DNA from: Thermodesulfobacteriota bacterium
Lineage (GTDB): Bacteria; Desulfobacterota; Desulfobacteria; Desulfobacterales; C00003060
DNA: 64,000 nt
Reading direction: 5' to 3'
Assembly (NCBI GenBank): GCA_034189385.1
Contig: JAXHVD010000015.1
Location: 58,497 to 122,496 of the forward strand
The translations under genes were made by a program, and so were the position numbers. The notes beneath the pieces were generated by a model. The model saw only the letters and a list, made by a program, of their open reading frames with translations, searched no databases and was not told the DNA's origin. Shown one piece after another: positions 52,367-62,982 of this stretch (the first letter of the stretch is position 1; each line of letters starts with the position of its first letter).

Positions 52367-52585
52367 ACCAAATCCCCTGCTCCGAGCCCCTCGTCCGCCC
52401 CTTTTAACCCACGTAGCTTACAGGCACCTTCCCACAAAAGACCCGGCACTCCGGTCAAAGACCTAGGTTCGTGACATCATCTCGTCGCTGTGACAAGGTT
52501 TGTATTGGTCCGGGCAGTGCTTGTCTTGGGGCGACGACGATAGGGAATCGTCGTCGTCCAAATATGGTCCTGAAAAGGGATACAA

Positions 52586-53155
52586 TCAATTGCAGGAGCG
52601 CACCTTATCGATGATCAACTCTAGTTCTGACACGGTCTGGGCCAAGTCATCGTTCACTACCACGCGGTCATAGAGATGGGCCTGAGCCATCTCCGTCCGA
52701 GCGTTCTTCAAGCGCCGTTTCACGACGTCGGGAGCATCTGTGTCTCTCCCCTTGATTCGCCTTTCAAGCTCTTCTCTGCTTGGCGGAGCAATAAAAACCA
52801 GAAAGCCTTCAGGATATCTGGAAGACAGTGCCTTTGCCCCCTCAACGTCAATATCCAGCAATACGTCTTGGCCCTTATTGAGGACCTGTTCAATATAGCG
52901 CCCTGACGTGCCGTAAAGGTACCCATGCACTTCCGCCCACTCGGCAAACTCATCGGCAGCTATTTTCTTCCGAAAGGCAATTTCGGTAATGAAATGGTAG
53001 TCTACACCATCTTGTTCATTTCCCCGACGAGGGCGTGTGGTGTAGGAGATAGAATATCGAAGTTGAGGTCTTTTTTCTAAGATGGCACAGAGAATAGTCG
53101 ATTTCCCCACACCAGAAGGTCCGGAGATAATGAACAGATGGCCTTTATGAGACAT
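52586..53155 (-). CDS. gmk: Guanylate kinase
   Basis: GPSGVGKST, SYTTRPRR, DGVDYHF, YGTS. Confidence 0.95.
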   Translation of the reverse strand: MSHKGHLFIISGPSGVGKSTILCAILEKRPQLRYSISYTTRPRRGNEQDGVDYHFITEIAFRKKIAADEFAEWAEVHGYLYGTSGRYIEQVLNKGQDVLLDIDVEGAKALSSRYPEGFLVFIAPPSREELERRIKGRDTDAPDVVKRRLKNARTEMAQAHLYDRVVVNDDLAQTVSELELIIDKVRSCN

Positions 53156-53404
53156 TCTATTGCTGGCTTCTCCCACAGGCAGTCCCCATCATCTAGTTGT
53201 GGGCCCCCAATTAGCACCAAGTCCTTATTGATCAAATCGACAGAAGTCCTTCATGAGCATATTCTGGTCACCTTTTGCCAAGGGTTCTTGGTGCACAGTA
53301 GTGGCAAGAATTTGAAACTTTTTTAGGGCCTTAGCCAGACTTTGCAATTTAGTGAAGCGGATTTAGAGCTCTCGACAAGGGACCAAGAAAACGAATTGAA
53401 GCCT

Positions 53405-53689
53405 TTATTTGGCTCCTGAAGCCTTTTTCTTTTCTTCCCTAAATTCGAAGCCCGTCACAAACCGCTGAGATATGGTCTCTGCTTGAATAGCTGAAAGGAT
53501 CACGTGGTTGCTGTCCGTAATGATAATAGAGCGGGTGCGACGTCCCTGTGTGGCATCGATCAAACGTTTTTCCTCTTTGGCATCTTCCTTGAGCCGCTTC
53601 ATCGGGGCGGAGCCGGGTGTCACGATGCTGATAATGCGTCTCGCAACAACTGTGTTTCCAAATCCAATGTTTAATAGCGCTGTATCCAT
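53405..53689 (-). CDS. remA: DUF370/RemA-family protein
   Basis: [28 protein letters not shown]; conserved yicC-remA-gmk order. Confidence 0.9.
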   Translation of the reverse strand: MDTALLNIGFGNTVVARRIISIVTPGSAPMKRLKEDAKEEKRLIDATQGRRTRSIIITDSNHVILSAIQAETISQRFVTGFEFREEKKKASGAK

Positions 53690-53854
53690 ACCATCCTCCC
53701 CGGTTTATTACGCGTCATGGGCCATTGGCCACTTCCGGTGCACTCCCATAGAGGCTGACACGGAGTGCACGGTCTCAAGCTGTAAGAAGCAATCTTTACA
53801 ACCAACGGGGCTCCAAAACTGTGCTAGTCTTAAACTTACGATGATGGAACCATG

Positions 53855-54736
53855 CTACTCCACATTCTGCACCTGTTCCCTGATCTTCTCAAGTTCACTC
53901 TTAAGGGCCACAACCATATGAGACAGCTCGGCGTTCCCCCCCTTGGACCCGATGGTGTTGACCTCCCGATTGAGTTCCTGGAGCAAGAAGTCAAGGGCCC
54001 TGCCGGCCGGTCCTTCTGTTTCCATCATCGTGCGAAACTGTCTCAAATGACTTTCAGCACGGACTATTTCCTCGGTAATATCGCTCTTGTCCACCAGAAA
54101 GGCAGCCTCCTGCGCCAGCCGGTTTGGATCCAACTCCACCATCCCTTTCGTGAGCAGTCCTATCCGCTCCTTCAAGCGATCATGGTACTCCGACAATACG
54201 GATGGTGCAAGGGCCTTTATGCCAGCCAGCACCTCTTCCACTGACTGAAGGCGTTTGTGAAAATCATCGCAGATGGCCTTGCCCTCAGAAACCCGCATGG
54301 AATCCATCCCTTTCAGTGCCTCATTGATGCACGATGACAGGGCCCGCCATGTGGCCTCCAGGTCCACTTCCCGTTCTGCAGTTGCAATGATTCCCTCCAA
54401 GCCGAGGAGCGTTTGAATGCCCACCTCCTCTTTAATGTGAAGGGCCTCCTTCAGTTCGCATAAATTTTTGTAATAGGCCTCGGCCAAGGGTAAATCCACT
54501 CTCATCTCAGGAACAGGCTCGAGACCCCCCTTCCATCTCACTATCACATCGACACGACCCCGTGATACGCTGTCTGCCACCGACTTCTTGATACGGTCCT
54601 CAAGGGGAAGCAGCTGAGGCGGCATACGCACCGAAATCTCGCAATAGCGTCTGTTGACTGAACGCATTTCCACCGAATATGACCGGCCTTCCACCGTCTT
54701 CTCCGCCCGCCCATAGGCTGTCATGCTCTTTATCAT
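53855..54736 (-). CDS. yicC: YicC/YloC-family endoribonuclease
   Basis: MIKSMTAYGR, SVNRRY, QELNREVNTIGSK, EKIREQVQNVE. Confidence 0.93.
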   Translation of the reverse strand: MIKSMTAYGRAEKTVEGRSYSVEMRSVNRRYCEISVRMPPQLLPLEDRIKKSVADSVSRGRVDVIVRWKGGLEPVPEMRVDLPLAEAYYKNLCELKEALHIKEEVGIQTLLGLEGIIATAEREVDLEATWRALSSCINEALKGMDSMRVSEGKAICDDFHKRLQSVEEVLAGIKALAPSVLSEYHDRLKERIGLLTKGMVELDPNRLAQEAAFLVDKSDITEEIVRAESHLRQFRTMMETEGPAGRALDFLLQELNREVNTIGSKGGNAELSHMVVALKSELEKIREQVQNVE

Positions 54737-54834
54737 ACAATCACCCTTCATTGAGAGTGCCTGAAGTTGCAAGTGACTGAAGTGCCTAAAGTCAAAAACA
54801 GTCCGACCGCCCAATTCTGGCTCTCTTTAGGCAT

Positions 54835-55368
54835 TTAGTTTTCAGACTGTCTCATTTGATACATGTATCTTTCCCTGACCGATTTCAGGAAATTGACGAT
54901 GGCTTTTCCTGCATAGTCCGGATAGGTCCAGTCCAGCGCCCGAAAACCACCCTGGTGGTAAATCAACGTAAGGTCAGCGTAAATCCCATCCTTAAGGTAC
55001 ACACGATGGGTGTAGTTCTTCCCTGTTGCCAGCACAAACCGCTCGGCCAACAGGTAACCCGGATCGATGTTGATAACCCGCTTGCCCCGCCTTGAAAGCC
55101 TGTTCTCCAGGTCATTGGTCAAGAGCTTTGTGTCGGCCAAGGAGTCTTGCTCTATCAGGTTGGAGAACGCCATGAGGCGCCTGAACAAGGGAGCCCCCAT
55201 TTCCGGCTTGTAGTAGTCTGTCTGTTCAAAGGCTAGCCATGGACTTATCACATCGGGGGAGCCAAAGGACTCCGCAAGCTCTCTTCCCACATTAGAAAGA
55301 ATACCCTTTTCCTTGGTGAAACAACCAATAACCAATTTGGCAAGTTTAGGGGGGCGAGGCTCGCTCAT
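54835..55368 (-). CDS. DUF4416-family protein
   Basis: TDYYKPEMG, NIDPGY, LATGKNYTHRVYL, WTYPDY. Confidence 0.8.
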   Translation of the reverse strand: MSEPRPPKLAKLVIGCFTKEKGILSNVGRELAESFGSPDVISPWLAFEQTDYYKPEMGAPLFRRLMAFSNLIEQDSLADTKLLTNDLENRLSRRGKRVINIDPGYLLAERFVLATGKNYTHRVYLKDGIYADLTLIYHQGGFRALDWTYPDYAGKAIVNFLKSVRERYMYQMRQSEN

Positions 55369-56314
55369 GGCCCACAGTTGCCCTGTTTCGGCGAACTTGC
55401 GTTATCGGCAGTCCCTAGAACCCGGCTCATAGACATTTTCGCCCAAATCCATGACAATTCGTCGCCCGCGGACATGCCCATTTACTTTCAAGGAGACGTC
55501 CTAAGGGATCATCCCCTGATGCCAGAAAAACACAAACTAAATCCAGATGTTCGACGGCGACTCTTTTGTCACATGCCATTAAACCTTTTCTCTTTGATCC
55601 GCCCAAGGCCGGACAGGTGCACTCAGGTTCAGGGAGCAAGAAATCTCCCCAAGAGCTATGGTCACCCTCCACTTGCTTGTTCAACTTCGAGAAAGGTGCC
55701 CCCTGTCCGAGAGCGCTATGTACTCTCCTTTTTGCTTCTTGTCAATCCATGACTTTAGTGTTAGTGCTTTCACCTGGCATAGAAGCACGACACACAAAAA
55801 TGACGTAGATAAGGACACCAATCGATCTGCCTGCCGGGCGTGGAGGCCATCATCTCACCTGGTCCGCCTGGCTTGCCAATGGTAGCGGGGTCCTGTTTCC
55901 CGGTGACGGGCCCTTTTCCTCTTTGGAATTCACGGTAGGCACCTAAATGGGTTCATAAACAGGGCTTCACAAGCAAGCCTCAGAGGCGTTGAGTATGATC
56001 TGAGGACACTACCGGAGCCGGCGCGCTAAAAGGAAGAATCAAAAAGGTTGGTAACGTTCAAGAGTTGAGGCAAAGGCCTTCAGCAGGCAGTTAGAGGGAT
56101 AGGGGTGATCGCTGAACGCAGGCATACAGCCATTGCCATCTACACCAATGGTATGGGCTAGTGAAGGGCATTGGATGCTGAAGAGAAGCGATTATCCCTA
56201 TCTCCAAGTTGGTTGTCCAGAAATCCACCAAGTAAACACTTTTGAACGTTACTAAAAGGTCCCAGGAAAACTCGGAACCGTCGGTACTTCTCCGGCTTGA
56301 CTATTACTATTGAT

Positions 56315-57433
56315 ATGAGATTTGCATTTTGCCTATTTAACTATTTCCCTTTTGGTGGTTTGCAGCGGGATTTTTTGCAGATAGCCAATGCTTGTCACAT
56401 GCGTGGCCATCAAGTGGATGTCTATACCAGCGCCTGGCAAGGTGAAAGGCCTCCGGGCCTGCAGGTCTCCATCGTTCCGGCTCGTGGCTTCACCAATCAT
56501 CGCCGCTGTGAATCATTTGCTAAAAGGCTGAAGCACTTTTTGGCTCCAAAATCCTATGATGCTGTCATAGGATTCAATAAGATGCCTGGCTTGGATGTAT
56601 ATTTCGCTTCGGACACCTGTTTTGCTGCTAAAGCCCTTAGAAAAAGCTTTTGGTATCGTCTGTCAGGACGTTATAGGAGTTATCTTTCCTTAGAACGGTC
56701 CGTCTTTAATAAGGGCTCAAAGACAGAAATATTGTTGATATCGGAACAGGAAAAGGCATTTTTTATGGATTACTACGGCACTTCCGAAGAGCGTTTTCAC
56801 TTGTTGCCTCCCGGAATTGCCGCCGATCGCTTATTACCCCATAACGCTCATGACATTCGTAGCGGATTGCGTAGTGAGCTCGGCATAGGGCCACATCAGA
56901 ATGTCGTTTTGATGGTGGGCTCCAGCTTTAAAACTAAGGGCGTCGATCGGGCGATACGGGCTGTCTCCTCCTTACCTTCTGAGCTTCGTGAAAAGACCAC
57001 CTTGTTGATTGTAGGAGAAGATAATCCAAGACCCTTTCTCCGATTGGCTAAACGATTGGGCGTCTTGGGGCAAACACGTTTTTTCGGTGGACGTGAGGAC
57101 GTGCCACGTTTTTTAGTTGCCTCAGATCTTTTACTACATCCGGCTTACGAGGAGACTGCTGGTTTGGTTCTCATGGAGGCCATGGGAGCTGGCTTGCCAG
57201 TTCTGGTGACTGAGGTTTGCGGCTACAGTCCCCACATTGAGAGTGCCGATGCCGGAAAACTGGTGCCTTCACCCTTTAGGCAACAAACGCTCAATCAACT
57301 TTTGGCCTCAATGTTGACTTCCAATAAGAAAGATCAATGGCAACGCAATGGAAGAGAATATGTTGCCAGCACCGATGTCTCAAGCCTACCGACAAAGGCC
57401 GCAGACATTATAGAACAGGTCGCAGCATGGTGA
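56315..57433 (+). CDS. waaG: LPS core glucosyltransferase WaaG (GT4)
   Basis: YFPFGGLQRDF, GFNKMPGLDVY, LPPGI, LLHPAYEE. Confidence 0.88.
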   Translation: MRFAFCLFNYFPFGGLQRDFLQIANACHMRGHQVDVYTSAWQGERPPGLQVSIVPARGFTNHRRCESFAKRLKHFLAPKSYDAVIGFNKMPGLDVYFASDTCFAAKALRKSFWYRLSGRYRSYLSLERSVFNKGSKTEILLISEQEKAFFMDYYGTSEERFHLLPPGIAADRLLPHNAHDIRSGLRSELGIGPHQNVVLMVGSSFKTKGVDRAIRAVSSLPSELREKTTLLIVGEDNPRPFLRLAKRLGVLGQTRFFGGREDVPRFLVASDLLLHPAYEETAGLVLMEAMGAGLPVLVTEVCGYSPHIESADAGKLVPSPFRQQTLNQLLASMLTSNKKDQWQRNGREYVASTDVSSLPTKAADIIEQVAAW

Positions 57434-58245
57434 CACTGCCCAGGGCATGGTTAGACCGTTGGAAGGGCCAAGATATCTTTGAACAACTATACGCTCTAGA
57501 GGGCGAAGTCTATCGCAAACAACAGGGCCGAACCACACTACGCTTTTCCTTCAACGGCAAGTACTATTTTGCCAAGACACATCGTGGTATCGGTTGGAAG
57601 GAGATAGCAAAAAATCTCTTGCAATTTCGTTTGCCACAGCTGGGTGCCCAAAACGAATGGCGAGCTATTCAGCGTCTCGAAGAACTAAACATCAATACAA
57701 CGCCCTTGGTCGGCTATGGCAAGAGAGGTTGGAACCCTGCCAGGCTTCAATCTTTTGTTGTCACAGAAGAACTCGCTAACACTTTAAGCCTTGAAGATTT
57801 TTGTCGTGACTGGCCCATGGTGCCACCGAGCCTGGTGCTGAAACGCGCCCTTATCAGGAAAGTGGCCAGAATTGTTCGAAAGCTTCATGAACACGGAATG
57901 AACCATCGGGATTTGTACATTTGCCATTTTTTGCTCCACGTTTCCTCTCGACGAGAGAACATGGATCCTCACTCCTTAAGGCTTTCTCTTATAGACTTGC
58001 ATCGCATGCAGATAAGGCATCATATTCCATTTCGTTGGCGTGCAAAGGACGTAGCAGCACTTTATTTCTCAAGCATGGATATCGGCTTAACGAAAGGCGA
58101 CGTGTTGCGGTTTTTGCGGGTGTACTGGAACAAACCATTGCGAACCATATTGAGCGAAAACAAAGCCGTCTTGCGCAAGGTGGAAAAACGCGCATTGGCC
58201 CTATATCGCAAGCACGTTGGAAAAGACCCAATGCTGCCCTTGTGA
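57427..58245 (+). CDS. waaP: LPS core heptose kinase WaaP
   Basis: GEVYR...GRTTLRF, GIGWKEIAKNL, NHRDLYICHFLL, LIDLHR. Confidence 0.9.
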   Translation: MVTLPRAWLDRWKGQDIFEQLYALEGEVYRKQQGRTTLRFSFNGKYYFAKTHRGIGWKEIAKNLLQFRLPQLGAQNEWRAIQRLEELNINTTPLVGYGKRGWNPARLQSFVVTEELANTLSLEDFCRDWPMVPPSLVLKRALIRKVARIVRKLHEHGMNHRDLYICHFLLHVSSRRENMDPHSLRLSLIDLHRMQIRHHIPFRWRAKDVAALYFSSMDIGLTKGDVLRFLRVYWNKPLRTILSENKAVLRKVEKRALALYRKHVGKDPMLPL

Positions 58246-58411
58246 CTCCACCTTTGGCCGTTTCTGTGGCCCTTTAAGACTATCGGATTCTGTCAGCGTG
58301 ATCCCAGTCCAGACAAAGTGATGATGGAATCCTGGTGGAGCCTTATCCTTCTTAAGTAATGCCCCTTGGGGGCACCCTTTTGTCCATCAATGGGCCTGGC
58401 AAATTGAATCT

Positions 58412-59860
58412 ATGCATTCACTTGACGAAAGACTTCTGAGAAAGGCAGGACGCAATATAGAACTCCCTTTTTCTTTGTCACTTGAAGCTAGTGATGACGT
58501 TCTTTTTTGTGAGAGATTATTGCGCGTTGTGCCAGGAGCCCGAGCTGTGGCAATAGGCACGTGGGCACAAAAGCAGGTCATTGCTAAATTGTACTATCGC
58601 CCGCTGCAAATGGAGCGTCATTTAAAGCGAGAGGCAGAAGGAACCAGGGCATTGCGGGAAAGAGGTATTGCCACAGCCCAGCCATTATATGTTGGGAAGG
58701 CGAAGAATGCTCGCATTGGCGTCTTGCTCTTAGAACGTATTCATCCAGCGAGTCATCTTAAGGAAGTATGGGATGCCCTGGTGAGCTGGAACGAAAAAAA
58801 AGAGCTCTTATGCAAGCTTGTGTCAGTTGTCGCTAAGATGCATGAGGCGGGCTTAAGACAGCGCGACCTACATCTCAATAATTTTCTTCTCAAAAATCAC
58901 ACTGTCTATTCGGTGGATAGCGCAAAAGTTGAAAAGAATAGATCAGGACATCCTTTAGAAATCGCAGAGAGTTTAGACAATCTTGCGGTATTGTTCTCCC
59001 AGTTTTCAATTCATCATGATGCCTTGATTCGCGACGTTTTTCAAGACTATGCCAGGATTCGCCGATGGCAATGCAATGCTAACATGCTCAACCGGCTGCA
59101 GGTAGCCATTCAACGGCGCCGAAGTCGTGGCATTAGAAGATATCTAAGAAAAATATTTCGAGAATCTACTGAAATCATTTGTCGAAAATCATTTGGCAGC
59201 TACATCCTCTGCAAGCGTGCCTATCACACAGAAGGTATTAAAACCCTTTTAGACAATCCTGATCAGTTTTTGCACAAACAGAGGCACATGTTGCTGAAGA
59301 CAGGCAATACCTGTACTGTGGGCAGAGTAAGAATCGGTGACCACGATTTGGTCGTTAAACGATACAACATGAAAAACATCTGGCACAGGCTAAAGCGCTG
59401 TTTCAGGACAACAAGAGCTGCTCGCTCATGGCGCAATGCCCACCTGTTGCTGTTTCTCGGCATTTCGACACCACACCCAATTGCGGTTGTAGAAAAACGT
59501 TTTGGATCTCTTCGAGGCAGGGCCTATTTCATCAGCAAGTATGTTCAAGGCCCTCATGCGGGGCACTTCTTTAGGGATGGTGCCCCCTATGAGAAAAGAG
59601 CAATGGCACAAAGAATTGCAGAGATTCTTAAGAAATTAAAGCTAGCGAGGATCAGTCATGGTGACATGAAGGCTACCAATTTAATCATTCACCGAAAAGA
59701 ACCTGTGTTGGCCGACCTAGATGCCATGCGTGTGCACACAAATCAATGGCGTTTTGCTACGGCGCACCGGAAGGATATAGACCGGTTCTTTCGGAACTGG
59801 AGGGCTCTCCCGGACGTAAACAATCTGTTCGAGGAACTGGTTCATAGGCCAGGCTCGTAA
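58412..59860 (+). CDS. Two-domain LPS kinase (Kdo/WaaP/InaA family)
   Basis: Two kinase-like domains (QRDLHLNNFL; HGDMKATNL...DLD). Confidence 0.8.
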   Translation: MHSLDERLLRKAGRNIELPFSLSLEASDDVLFCERLLRVVPGARAVAIGTWAQKQVIAKLYYRPLQMERHLKREAEGTRALRERGIATAQPLYVGKAKNARIGVLLLERIHPASHLKEVWDALVSWNEKKELLCKLVSVVAKMHEAGLRQRDLHLNNFLLKNHTVYSVDSAKVEKNRSGHPLEIAESLDNLAVLFSQFSIHHDALIRDVFQDYARIRRWQCNANMLNRLQVAIQRRRSRGIRRYLRKIFRESTEIICRKSFGSYILCKRAYHTEGIKTLLDNPDQFLHKQRHMLLKTGNTCTVGRVRIGDHDLVVKRYNMKNIWHRLKRCFRTTRAARSWRNAHLLLFLGISTPHPIAVVEKRFGSLRGRAYFISKYVQGPHAGHFFRDGAPYEKRAMAQRIAEILKKLKLARISHGDMKATNLIIHRKEPVLADLDAMRVHTNQWRFATAHRKDIDRFFRNWRALPDVNNLFEELVHRPGS

Positions 59861-59890
59861 ATCCTCATAGGACTGCAAGGCACCGTCTGG

Positions 59891-60676
59891 ATGAAACCAC
59901 TTAAATTGTTCTGGCATGATAGCAAGACAAACTTCGGAGATTGGCTCTCCCCTGTGCTGTGTGAACGTCTGTCAGGCCGTCTCGTTGTCCATGCCAAGCC
60001 CAACAAATGCGATCTGATTGCTGTAGGTAGCATTTTGCAGCGGGCCAAACACGGGCCGTTCAGGCGAAGAATTCATGTCTGGGGAAGTGGCTTCATCGAA
60101 AAACGTGGAGAGATAAGAAGCCATCATTATTACCATGCGGTGAGAGGCCACAAGACGGCCAACTTGTTAAAAGGTCATCAAATAAAGACAGTTGGCGACC
60201 CGGGATTGTTATGTGATCTTCTGTTTCCTGAATACCAGAGGATGGAAAAACAATGTCTGTTGGGAATCGTTCCCCATTACAAGGACCAACAGGACACGAA
60301 TGTACATAAGTTTGCCGATGGGAAGTCTCATGTTCGGATCATTGATATCCTGTCACCAGGCAAGAGCTTCTTAAGGGAGGTGGCAAGTTGTGAATTCATA
60401 TTATCCTCCAGTTTACATGGCCTGATCACGGCTGATGCCTTTGGGATTCCAAATGCCTGGATAAAGCTATCCGATAAGGTCCGTGGTCAGGACTTCAAAT
60501 TCCACGATTATTATAGTGTCTTTGGCACCGAATGCCCCGCGCCACTCGACCTGACCTCAGATATATCTCCTAAAAGCATTGCGGAACTTGCAGATAGCTA
60601 TATGCGGCCGAACTTGTCAAGGCTCAGAGAGCAACTACTGTATGCCTTTCCATTCCCAAAACCTAAAGAACTCTGA
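59891..60676 (+). CDS. Polysaccharide pyruvyl transferase family protein
   Basis: NFGDWLS, VGSIL, AVRG, GDPGLL, SSSLHGLITADAFGIP. Confidence 0.85.
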   Translation: MKPLKLFWHDSKTNFGDWLSPVLCERLSGRLVVHAKPNKCDLIAVGSILQRAKHGPFRRRIHVWGSGFIEKRGEIRSHHYYHAVRGHKTANLLKGHQIKTVGDPGLLCDLLFPEYQRMEKQCLLGIVPHYKDQQDTNVHKFADGKSHVRIIDILSPGKSFLREVASCEFILSSSLHGLITADAFGIPNAWIKLSDKVRGQDFKFHDYYSVFGTECPAPLDLTSDISPKSIAELADSYMRPNLSRLREQLLYAFPFPKPKEL

Positions 60677-60716
60677 GAGTTAGAGTCTGGCCTTCCCAGC
60701 CTTGGATATGCCGATG

Positions 60717-61880
60717 TCACGAAATTGGAGGCTTCTTGGCTGTTCCCCTCAGCAGTCTCCCATAGAACGACATAGTCCTTTTTCCCTGGAGAGCAGTAGA
60801 AAACCTTTGTTGGGCCGTTTGGTACGCACGGCGGGCCATCTGGGTCACGTTGTCCTGGTCTCTGATCATGTCCGAAACAATCTCTGCCAGCTTGCCAGGA
60901 GCCAAATCCATGAGCCGCCCATTCACTCCGTCCTCTATCAGTTCCGGAAGAAATCCCATCCGAGTAGCAATGACAGGCACACCTGACGCCATGGCCTCCC
61001 TCACTGTTCGACACGTTTCATCTGTACCGGGTACAGGATAAGCCAGCACATCCATGGCTCGGTACGCCGCCACCAGGCGATCATTTCGGCAGTATCCAGC
61101 AAGAATCACTCTGTCGGCAATGCCCATGTCTAAAAGAGGTCTTTTCACTACTTTCTCGACAGCTCCGGGACGCCCTCGTCCAACTAAAAGCAAGCGCAAT
61201 CGCGGAAATGCCTCGGCAAGAATATGCACTGCATCCAATACAATGTCGATGCGCCTGCTCTCTCGTATTCTGCTTACAATTCCCACTACGAAATCGTTCT
61301 TCTTCAGCCCAAAACCTTCCCGACTGCCGGATATCTTCCTCTCACGAGAAAAGCGCGCAAGGTCAATCCCAGGCTCAGCCACCTGAACAGCATTTGAGCC
61401 AAACCCGTATCTCCTCATTGCGCTCTCTTGGGCCGCTGGACTGATCACCACGACTCCATCGGTACACTGACTATAGAGAAACCTAGACCTAAGGTCACTC
61501 TTGGGACCGGACGGATCATAACAATGTCTGACAAGCAGTGGGAACCTAGGTCTACCCCTAGTCATGGCGGCCACGAGGTGAGCATTCGGCATGTGACAAT
61601 GGATGACGTCCGGGTGAAAATCGGCCACAACTCTACGGAGTTTGGATACATCGGCCAACGCGGAAAGGAGGCGAAAATGCTTTGGCATTTCCAGTGCTAT
61701 TACGGAGTCGAGCCCCTTCTTCTGGGCATTAAAGGCCACGCTGTTCTGAGCCCCCTCAGGCCAATGACCACAGACGAAGGCAATTCGGGCCCCTAACCTT
61801 CTTTCAGCCAGCGCCAAGTCCACGGCCGGCTCAGATCGTTCCGTCCACTTCGAATTGCTCAGCAGATGCAGAATGTTCAT
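60717..61880 (-). CDS. Glycosyltransferase family 4
   Basis: PDVIHCH, EAMASGVPVI, ELIEDGVNG. Confidence 0.85.
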   Translation of the reverse strand: MNILHLLSNSKWTERSEPAVDLALAERRLGARIAFVCGHWPEGAQNSVAFNAQKKGLDSVIALEMPKHFRLLSALADVSKLRRVVADFHPDVIHCHMPNAHLVAAMTRGRPRFPLLVRHCYDPSGPKSDLRSRFLYSQCTDGVVVISPAAQESAMRRYGFGSNAVQVAEPGIDLARFSRERKISGSREGFGLKKNDFVVGIVSRIRESRRIDIVLDAVHILAEAFPRLRLLLVGRGRPGAVEKVVKRPLLDMGIADRVILAGYCRNDRLVAAYRAMDVLAYPVPGTDETCRTVREAMASGVPVIATRMGFLPELIEDGVNGRLMDLAPGKLAEIVSDMIRDQDNVTQMARRAYQTAQQRFSTALQGKRTMSFYGRLLRGTAKKPPIS

Positions 61881-61980
61881 AGCTATCCAGCGACTTGAAC
61901 GGCATACAAGCCCTCTTCAAAACGGGATGACATTGCCTCGGAATCACACCTGGGCCGCTGGCAGCACAAAGCACAGGGCC

Positions 61981-62970
61981 TTACCCTTGACTTGATCTCG
62001 CCCTCTTTCTCGCCTTGCGGCGTTGTCTTCTCGCTATGTCTTCTGCGTACAGATATGGGTGGTGCCGTTTCCACCGCTTGTGCAACCAGAGCCACTGCTC
62101 TGGATATGATCTTATGGCCTCTTCGATGGCTAACGTCATGCGCTGTGTGTTTTCTTTTAGATCCGCACCCGGATCTTCCGTTTTCTGGAGGTTCACCGGT
62201 GGTTCTACCAGCAAGGAGAGGCGGGCATCGGCCTCTCTTACGCAGAAAGCAGGCACCACAGGGATGTTGTATCGTCTGGCCAACAGCGCCGCTGCAGGTG
62301 TGGCAGTCGTCGTTTGACCGAAAAAGCGAACCTCAACCCCCCTCGACAACTTGGTCCCTTGATCGATCAACAGGCCCAGCGGTCTTCCCTGTTGCAGTGC
62401 GCGCACCATCTTCGGCAACGCCCGTTTCTTATTCAACACCACATTCCCATAACGGGCACGAACTCCATTGATCCAGCGGTTAAAACCCTTTGATTCAATC
62501 CGTCTGGCAACCAGGACCAAGGGCCTCTGAAGATAGCAAGAGGCAAACAGGTGCGCCATCTCCCAGTTTCCCAAATGGGCTGAAATCAGGATAACACCTT
62601 CAGAATTCTTCAAGTAGGGGAGCAGATTCTCTTCCCCTCTGATTTGGACCCTGCGCAATATATCGTCGCAAGAGAAGCAACTGATCTGGCAGATTTCCAG
62701 AAAAGTAGCAGCCATGTTCTGGAAAACATGTCTGGATAGTGCCCGAATGCGATCTCGCGACCATTCAGGATGGGTGAATTGTACATTGCGCCTCACAATG
62801 CGCCGATGACGTCTATCCAAAACGTATACAAGTGTGCCCAGGAATCTGCTCACATGAAAAATGTGCCGTTGCCGTATAGTTGCAACGAAGGACTTGAAAC
62901 CATTAGCAAATCCGTCTACTTCCTGTAATGGCTGGCTGTCCTGTTCTGCGGTATTCGATCTCACTGACAT
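61981..62970 (-). CDS. lpxL: Lipid A acyltransferase (LpxL/HtrB family)
   Basis: SAHLGNWE, LIDQ, VRFFG, PEQWLWLHKRWK. Confidence 0.85.
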   Translation of the reverse strand: MSVRSNTAEQDSQPLQEVDGFANGFKSFVATIRQRHIFHVSRFLGTLVYVLDRRHRRIVRRNVQFTHPEWSRDRIRALSRHVFQNMAATFLEICQISCFSCDDILRRVQIRGEENLLPYLKNSEGVILISAHLGNWEMAHLFASCYLQRPLVLVARRIESKGFNRWINGVRARYGNVVLNKKRALPKMVRALQQGRPLGLLIDQGTKLSRGVEVRFFGQTTTATPAAALLARRYNIPVVPAFCVREADARLSLLVEPPVNLQKTEDPGADLKENTQRMTLAIEEAIRSYPEQWLWLHKRWKRHHPYLYAEDIARRQRRKARKRARSSQG

Positions 62971-62982
62971 CCTGGATGTTGA

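Noticed and set aside
55860..55920. GGTAGCGGGGT resembling the 3' part of a c-di-GMP-I riboswitch or an ops/JUMPstart site upstream of the waa genes
   Set aside because: The GGCAAAC...GAAA...GACGCAAAGC core is missing and the ops consensus GGCGGTAG is not matched.
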